Of a stretch of 64,000 nucleotides of DNA, positions 58,696 through 64,000 are shown piece after piece. The stretch is from Bacteroidota bacterium (lineage in GTDB: Bacteria; Bacteroidota; Bacteroidia; UBA4408), in the NCBI GenBank assembly GCA_046297395.1, contig JBKCNM010000071.1:2255-66254 (forward strand). The letters are read 5' to 3'. The first letter of the stretch is position 1. Every line of letters begins with the position of its first letter. The translations under genes and the position numbers were made by a program. Under the pieces are notes generated by a model. That model did no database searches. It was not told the DNA's origin and was given only the letters and a program-made list of their open reading frames with translations.

Positions 58696-59874
58696 ATGCA
58701 GGAAGCTTATATCGTGGGAGGCTATCGCACAGCCATCGGGAAAGCAGGAAGGGGAGCCCTTCGGTTTACAAGACCTGATGACATGGCCGCCATCGTCATT
58801 AGAAAATTATTGAATGATTTTCCTTCGTTAGACAAGGAGAGAATTGATGATGTGATTGTTGGAAACGCCATGCCGGAAGCTGAACAGGGACTGAACATGG
58901 GTCGTTTAATCAGCCTGCTTGCATTGGACACAGACAAGGTTCCCGGTGTAACAGTTAACCGCTACTGCGCATCCGGGCTTGAGACAATTGCCATGGCTTC
59001 TGCCAAAATCAGGGCAGGGATGGCAGAGTGTATTCTTGCCGGAGGAGCCGAATCCATGAGCCTGATTCCAATGGGTGGATGGAAAGTTTCTCCAAACTAT
59101 GAATCGGCAAGGAAACATCCCGATCGCTATTGGGGAATGGGAATCACTGCAGAGGCTGTTGCCAAAGAGTTTGCTGTTTCAAGGGAAGACCAGGATGCTT
59201 TTGCACTGCAATCACATCTGAAAGCATCTGCAGCCATCCAATCCGGAAAATTCAACAGCCAGATTGTACCGATTCAGCTCGAAGAAATTTACCTGGATGA
59301 AAAAGGCAAAAGACAAAAAAGAGAATCTGTTTTTAGCAAAGACGAAGGCCCCCGCGCCGATACAAGTGCAGAAGCACTCTCCAAATTAAAACCTGTTTTT
59401 GCACTGGGCGGTTCGGTTACTGCCGGCAACTCTTCACAAACTTCCGATGGTGCCGCATTTGTCTTGGTCATGAGTGAAAAAATGGTCAACGAACTGGGCA
59501 TCAAACCGCTCGCAAGATTGGTCAATTATGCCGTTGCAGGTGTGCCTCCCCGAATCATGGGTATTGGTCCGGTAGAAGCTATTCCTAAGGTGCTTAAAAT
59601 GGCCGGAATGAATCTGCAGGACATCGACCTGTTTGAACTGAATGAGGCATTTGCATCACAATCTCTTGCCGTTGTTCGCAAACTCAATATCAATACAGAC
59701 AAAGTGAATATCAATGGTGGCGCAATTGCCCTTGGCCATCCCCTGGGTTGCAGTGGCGCAAAATTAACCGTACAGTTATTAAACGACCTTTCCGCCTCCC
59801 AAAAAAAATATGGGATGGTAACCATGTGCGTAGGAACAGGACAAGGAGCAGCAGGTATTTTTGAGAGACTCTGA
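58696..59874 (+). CDS. fadA: Acetyl-CoA C-acyltransferase (thiolase)
   Basis: RTAIG, TVNRYCASGL, TAGNSSQ.SDGAA, ELNEAFA, NGGAIALGHPLG, TMCVG.GQGAA. Confidence 0.95.
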   Translation: MQEAYIVGGYRTAIGKAGRGALRFTRPDDMAAIVIRKLLNDFPSLDKERIDDVIVGNAMPEAEQGLNMGRLISLLALDTDKVPGVTVNRYCASGLETIAMASAKIRAGMAECILAGGAESMSLIPMGGWKVSPNYESARKHPDRYWGMGITAEAVAKEFAVSREDQDAFALQSHLKASAAIQSGKFNSQIVPIQLEEIYLDEKGKRQKRESVFSKDEGPRADTSAEALSKLKPVFALGGSVTAGNSSQTSDGAAFVLVMSEKMVNELGIKPLARLVNYAVAGVPPRIMGIGPVEAIPKVLKMAGMNLQDIDLFELNEAFASQSLAVVRKLNINTDKVNINGGAIALGHPLGCSGAKLTVQLLNDLSASQKKYGMVTMCVGTGQGAAGIFERL

Positions 59875-59880
59875 TTTAAC

Positions 59881-61830
59881 ATGAAAAAATACTTTCTGTA
59901 TTTATTTCTGTTTTTTTGCCTGCAGCTCACAGCTCAACAAGCTCCTCTTGATTTTGCCATCACATTTAATGATCCCGTTTATGATGCATCTAATTATACC
60001 TTGCAGCTTAATTGGGCAAATAGCAGCGCAGACATTTTTGTGGTGGAACGCAAATATGCATTCGAACAGGGCTTTTATTCTCAGGTGGGGCTCAACCCCT
60101 TCGGCAATGGCTTTATCGATTATCAGGTGTATCCCGGTGAAGTGTATGAATACAGGGTGAGAAGTTTAACAAATAACCAAAAACAAGGTTACTTTACATT
60201 CGCTGCCAACAAAGATACCGAACCCATGAAAGGGTATGTTTTGATTGTTCGCGGAACATCCGCCCAAACACCCAGCATCTATTTTGATATGTATTTGGAA
60301 GATCTGGAAGGAGATGGATACAAACCGCTTGTTGTGGATGCGATTCAAGGTTGGTCCGATCAGGCCGTAAAAAACACCATTATCAATTATTACTATTCCT
60401 ACCCCAGACTACAACATGTTGTCCTTCTCGGAAATGTACCCATACCCTTGTCAGGATATATTTATCCCGATGGTCATGTAGATCACGAGGGTGCATGGCC
60501 TGCTGATACTTATTATGCAGATATCAATGGATACTATACTGATTCTTATCTGAACTATGCCTCCGGAAGCAGAAGCAATGTTCCCGGTGATAATAGATAT
60601 GACCAGAGCCTGATTCCCGATCCCGACTCAAGTTTGGAATTGTCCGTGGGAAGAATAGATTTTCATGGAGAGACCGCGTACGGCCTCACTGAAGCGCAGA
60701 TGTATGATTATTATTATTACAAGGTACATGCATTTCGCGACAAGCAGATTCAGCCCCGAGACATGGCCATCATCAGTGATAATTTCGGATATTTTGGAGG
60801 GGAAATGTTTTCTGTCTCCGGATGGAGGTCTTTCATTCCTTCAGTAGGCCTGCAAAACATCAGTACACAGGCGAGCCCCTTCTCTACCTACCCCGGGAAT
60901 GATTATAAATTTATGTATGCATGCGGTGGTGGAACCTACACCAGCATGGGAGGTCTGGGCGGTATTCAGAATTACCTTTCCAACGGCTCCTTCGTTGTTT
61001 TTAATATGCTGTTTGGAAGCTATTTTGGTGATTATGCTGTGAACGGAGGATTGCTAAAAGCACCGCTCGCATCCGCAGGCTACGGTTTAACCAGTTGCTG
61101 GTCGGGAAGACCACTCCTTTATATGCACCAAATGGCCTCAGGGCTCACTATCGGTGAATGCATGAAGCAATCTCAAAACAATAGCGGTAATACATACCTC
61201 GCAAATTATGGCGCTCGCTTTATACACACCGCACTTCTTGGTGATCCAAGCCTTTGTATGAATGTGCTCGAACCCGTGCACAACCTTCAGGTGCAAACGC
61301 TCAATGAAACTTTGCTTCACTGGACCCCACCGCTTGAACAGATTCAAGGATATGTGGTTTACCGCAAAGAACCCGGCACACCTCACTTTTATGATGTCGC
61401 CCAAGTACCTGCATCCGATACTTCCTTTATCGATCCCGCTATTGCTGCTCCGGGAACAAAATACATGGTTAGGGCCTTTACCTGGCATCAGGGCAGAGGA
61501 GGATCCTATAAACTTTACAGCAATGGTGAGATTGCCACCGTTGACAGCTCATTTTTTCTCACCCATACTTCCGAAAAAATCAAGCAGATAAACATGCAGG
61601 TTTTTCCAAATCCCGCATCCTCCTGTATTCATGTTGATATGCCAGGCAAACCGGCAGAACCGGGAACCTTTCTGTCCATCTGTAACATGATGGGGAAGGA
61701 GATGTACCGCGCTCCTTTTATCCCCATGGCAAAGATTGAAATTCCTTCATTGGCCACCGGCGTGTACATCATTTCAATTCATTATCCCGAAGGCAAGCTT
61801 GAAAAATCCAAACTGACAATCATCAAATAA
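59881..61830 (+). CDS. Secreted protein with FN3-like domains, a gingipain(C25)-like core and T9SS CTD
   Basis: Signal peptide; Y.YRV FN3-like strands; VLLG.VP, AD.YYAD, VGRIDF, LLGDPSL; C-terminal VFPNPA..GVYII....KL.I.K. Confidence 0.72.
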   Translation: MKKYFLYLFLFFCLQLTAQQAPLDFAITFNDPVYDASNYTLQLNWANSSADIFVVERKYAFEQGFYSQVGLNPFGNGFIDYQVYPGEVYEYRVRSLTNNQKQGYFTFAANKDTEPMKGYVLIVRGTSAQTPSIYFDMYLEDLEGDGYKPLVVDAIQGWSDQAVKNTIINYYYSYPRLQHVVLLGNVPIPLSGYIYPDGHVDHEGAWPADTYYADINGYYTDSYLNYASGSRSNVPGDNRYDQSLIPDPDSSLELSVGRIDFHGETAYGLTEAQMYDYYYYKVHAFRDKQIQPRDMAIISDNFGYFGGEMFSVSGWRSFIPSVGLQNISTQASPFSTYPGNDYKFMYACGGGTYTSMGGLGGIQNYLSNGSFVVFNMLFGSYFGDYAVNGGLLKAPLASAGYGLTSCWSGRPLLYMHQMASGLTIGECMKQSQNNSGNTYLANYGARFIHTALLGDPSLCMNVLEPVHNLQVQTLNETLLHWTPPLEQIQGYVVYRKEPGTPHFYDVAQVPASDTSFIDPAIAAPGTKYMVRAFTWHQGRGGSYKLYSNGEIATVDSSFFLTHTSEKIKQINMQVFPNPASSCIHVDMPGKPAEPGTFLSICNMMGKEMYRAPFIPMAKIEIPSLATGVYIISIHYPEGKLEKSKLTIIK

Positions 61831-61841
61831 AAATCCAAGAA

Positions 61842-62696
61842 ATGAATCATCCACAAACCATCGAAAGACTTAATAAGATAGCCACTCAGGTTCGACGCGA
61901 TATTGTTCGAATGGTACATGCAGTGAATTCAGGTCATCCCGGAGGTTCTCTCGGATGCACCGAGTTTTTGGTAGCCCTGTACTTTCAAGTGATGAAACAC
62001 CATCCTGTTCCCTTCGACATGGATGGAAAAAACCAGGATGTGTTTTTTCTGAGCAATGGCCACATCTCTCCAGTATTTTACAGTGTGCTGAGTCGCAGCG
62101 GATATTTTCCTGTTCCTGAACTGTCCACCTTTCGCAAACTGAATTCACGCCTGCAAGGCCATCCCACCACACATGAACATTTGCCTGGTGTGCGCATGTC
62201 ATCCGGTTCATTAGGACAAGGACTTAGCGTAGGCATTGGCGCTGCCCTCGCAAAAAAACTAAATGGCGACAATCACCTCGTATATACTCTGCATGGCGAT
62301 GGCGAACTGCAGGAAGGACAAATCTGGGAAGCAGCCATGTTTGCCTCTGCAAAAAAAGTTGACAACCTGATTGCCACCATTGACCTCAATGGACAACAGA
62401 TTGATGGAACCACCACCGATGTGCTTGATCTTGGCGATGTGGCAGAAAAATTCCGCGCTTTTGGTTGGGTCACGCTAAACATGGAAGGCAACGATATGGC
62501 ATCTGTGCTTAAGGGTTTCACTGAAGCAAAAAGTTTGTGCGGCCAACAAAAACCTGTGGCTATCATGATGAAAACAGCCATGGGATACGGCGTGGATTTT
62601 ATGACCAACAGCCACAAATGGCATGGAGTAGCACCCAATGATGAGCAGTTGGCTTCCGCTCTGGCACAGTTGCCGGAAACAATCGGAGACTACTGA
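61842..62696 (+). CDS. Transketolase N-terminal (TPP-binding) subunit
   Basis: SGHPGGSL, FFLSNGH, LQGHP, GSLGQGLS, GDGELQEGQIWEA, N.QQIDG, KWHG.AP. Confidence 0.93.
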   Translation: MNHPQTIERLNKIATQVRRDIVRMVHAVNSGHPGGSLGCTEFLVALYFQVMKHHPVPFDMDGKNQDVFFLSNGHISPVFYSVLSRSGYFPVPELSTFRKLNSRLQGHPTTHEHLPGVRMSSGSLGQGLSVGIGAALAKKLNGDNHLVYTLHGDGELQEGQIWEAAMFASAKKVDNLIATIDLNGQQIDGTTTDVLDLGDVAEKFRAFGWVTLNMEGNDMASVLKGFTEAKSLCGQQKPVAIMMKTAMGYGVDFMTNSHKWHGVAPNDEQLASALAQLPETIGDY

Positions 62697-62813
62697 AACC
62701 TGAAAAAGAAATTAGCACCCACAAGCCTCATTCACGCTTGATGCAACTTGCATCATGGCCTATTCAAATATTTTTTTTCAAACATTTTTTAACCCTGTTT
62801 GTTTCTACCTGCA

Positions 62814-64000
62814 ATGAACAAAAACCTTTCTGTCTTCTTTCTTGCATCCTTGCTCCCTCTGCTGGGCATGACACAAACTGCTACCCTCAAAGGGAAAGTC
62901 TTCAACAGCCTCACCAATGAACCTGTTCCTTTTGCGGTGGTTGCCATTCAGGGAACCACAACTGCAGCCACCGCCGATGTGGATGGTAATTATGTTTTGC
63001 AAAATCTCCTGCCCGGTCAATACAACATTGATGTAACATTCATGGGATACCGAAAAAAATCCATTTTCGAAGTATCCGTCTTCAACAGCAAGGTGATTTT
63101 TCTTGATGTGGCTTTGGATGAAGAGGTGAAAAACATCAAGGAAGTAGAAATCAAGGCTTCCCCTTTTAACAAGACACAGGAAAGTCCGCTCTCACTCCGT
63201 ACCATCGGTGTTTCTGAAATTGAACGCAACCCGGGAGGAAACAGAGATATCTCTCGCGTCATACAATCCTTTCCGGGTGTGGCTTCCACTGCATCCTTCC
63301 GCAATGATATCATCATCAGAGGAGGTGCCCCAAATGAAAACCGCTTTTACCTCGATGGAGTAGAGGTGCCTGTTATCAATCACTTTGCAACCCAAGGCTC
63401 ATCAGGTGGACCTGTGGGCATGATCAATGTGAATTTTATCAGAGAAGTTGATTTTCATTCCGGTGCATTTCCCGCCAACCGCGGCAATGCCCTAAGCTCT
63501 GTATTCGAGTTCAAACAAAAAGAAGGCAACAAGGAAAAATGGGGCATGAACTTCACCCTTGGTCCAAACGACCTCGGCGTGACCGGAGAAGGACCCACCG
63601 GAAAAAATTCCTCCCTCATCTTCTCCGTGCGACGCTCTTACCTTCAATTTTTATTCGCTGCACTCAAATTGCCTTTCTTGCCCATTTACAATGACTTTCA
63701 GTTTAAATACAAATGGAAGATTAATCCAAAAACAGAACTCACGGCAGTTGGACTGGGTGCACTCGATGACTTTGAATTAAACAAGGAAGCAAACGAAACA
63801 GAAGAGCAAAAATACTTCCTCGCCAATCTGCCCATCTACAAACAGTGGAACTATACCAATGGCATCACCTTAAAAAGATTTACCGAAAATGGCAATCTTT
63901 TGCTGGTACTGAGTAGAAACATGCTCAACAACAGAAGCTACAAATACAAGGACAATGACGAGAGTTCGCCCGATAACAGAATACTCGATTACCTCTCGCA
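62814..64000 (+). CDS. TonB-dependent receptor, N-terminal part (runs off the window; absent from the ORF track)
   Basis: ATG at 62814: MNKNLSVFFLASLL..; carboxypeptidase-like domain (LKGKV....NEPVPFA), plug domain (PGGNRDISRVIQSFPGV, IIRGGAPNENRFYLDGVEVP.INHF, GAFPA..GNALSSV). Confidence 0.92.
   Translation, partial: MNKNLSVFFLASLLPLLGMTQTATLKGKVFNSLTNEPVPFAVVAIQGTTTAATADVDGNYVLQNLLPGQYNIDVTFMGYRKKSIFEVSVFNSKVIFLDVALDEEVKNIKEVEIKASPFNKTQESPLSLRTIGVSEIERNPGGNRDISRVIQSFPGVASTASFRNDIIIRGGAPNENRFYLDGVEVPVINHFATQGSSGGPVGMINVNFIREVDFHSGAFPANRGNALSSVFEFKQKEGNKEKWGMNFTLGPNDLGVTGEGPTGKNSSLIFSVRRSYLQFLFAALKLPFLPIYNDFQFKYKWKINPKTELTAVGLGALDDFELNKEANETEEQKYFLANLPIYKQWNYTNGITLKRFTENGNLLLVLSRNMLNNRSYKYKDNDESSPDNRILDYLS

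Overview
A gene-dense chromosomal segment of a Bacteroidota bacterium. The assignment rests on T9SS C-terminal domains, PorQ, a MurF-Alr fusion and TAnnTTTG -7 promoters. Most genes are housekeeping: mqnD (5'-truncated), tilS, lpxB, purQ, hppD, mfd, dnaA, alaS, uvrB, ettA, a thiolase, a transketolase N-subunit and tRNA-Gln(UUG). There are also several secreted or outer-membrane proteins and a 3'-truncated TonB-dependent receptor. I see no transposase, integrase, prophage, CRISPR array or rRNA. The best candidate for an undescribed system is a translationally coupled operon at 10.4-15.0 kb: nucleotidyltransferase, B12-radical SAM, methyltransferase, B12-radical SAM, followed by two GT4 glycosyltransferases. 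Other leads are a lipoprotein plus beta-barrel/TSP3/OmpA pair next to a thiolase, a TMTC-like GT-C glycosyltransferase, a gingipain-like protein lacking the canonical catalytic motifs, an AT-rich orphan gene behind about 800 bp of non-coding DNA, an unannotated Cys-motif mini-lipoprotein and a probable pseudogene remnant. All assignments come from motif recognition by eye; no searches were run.
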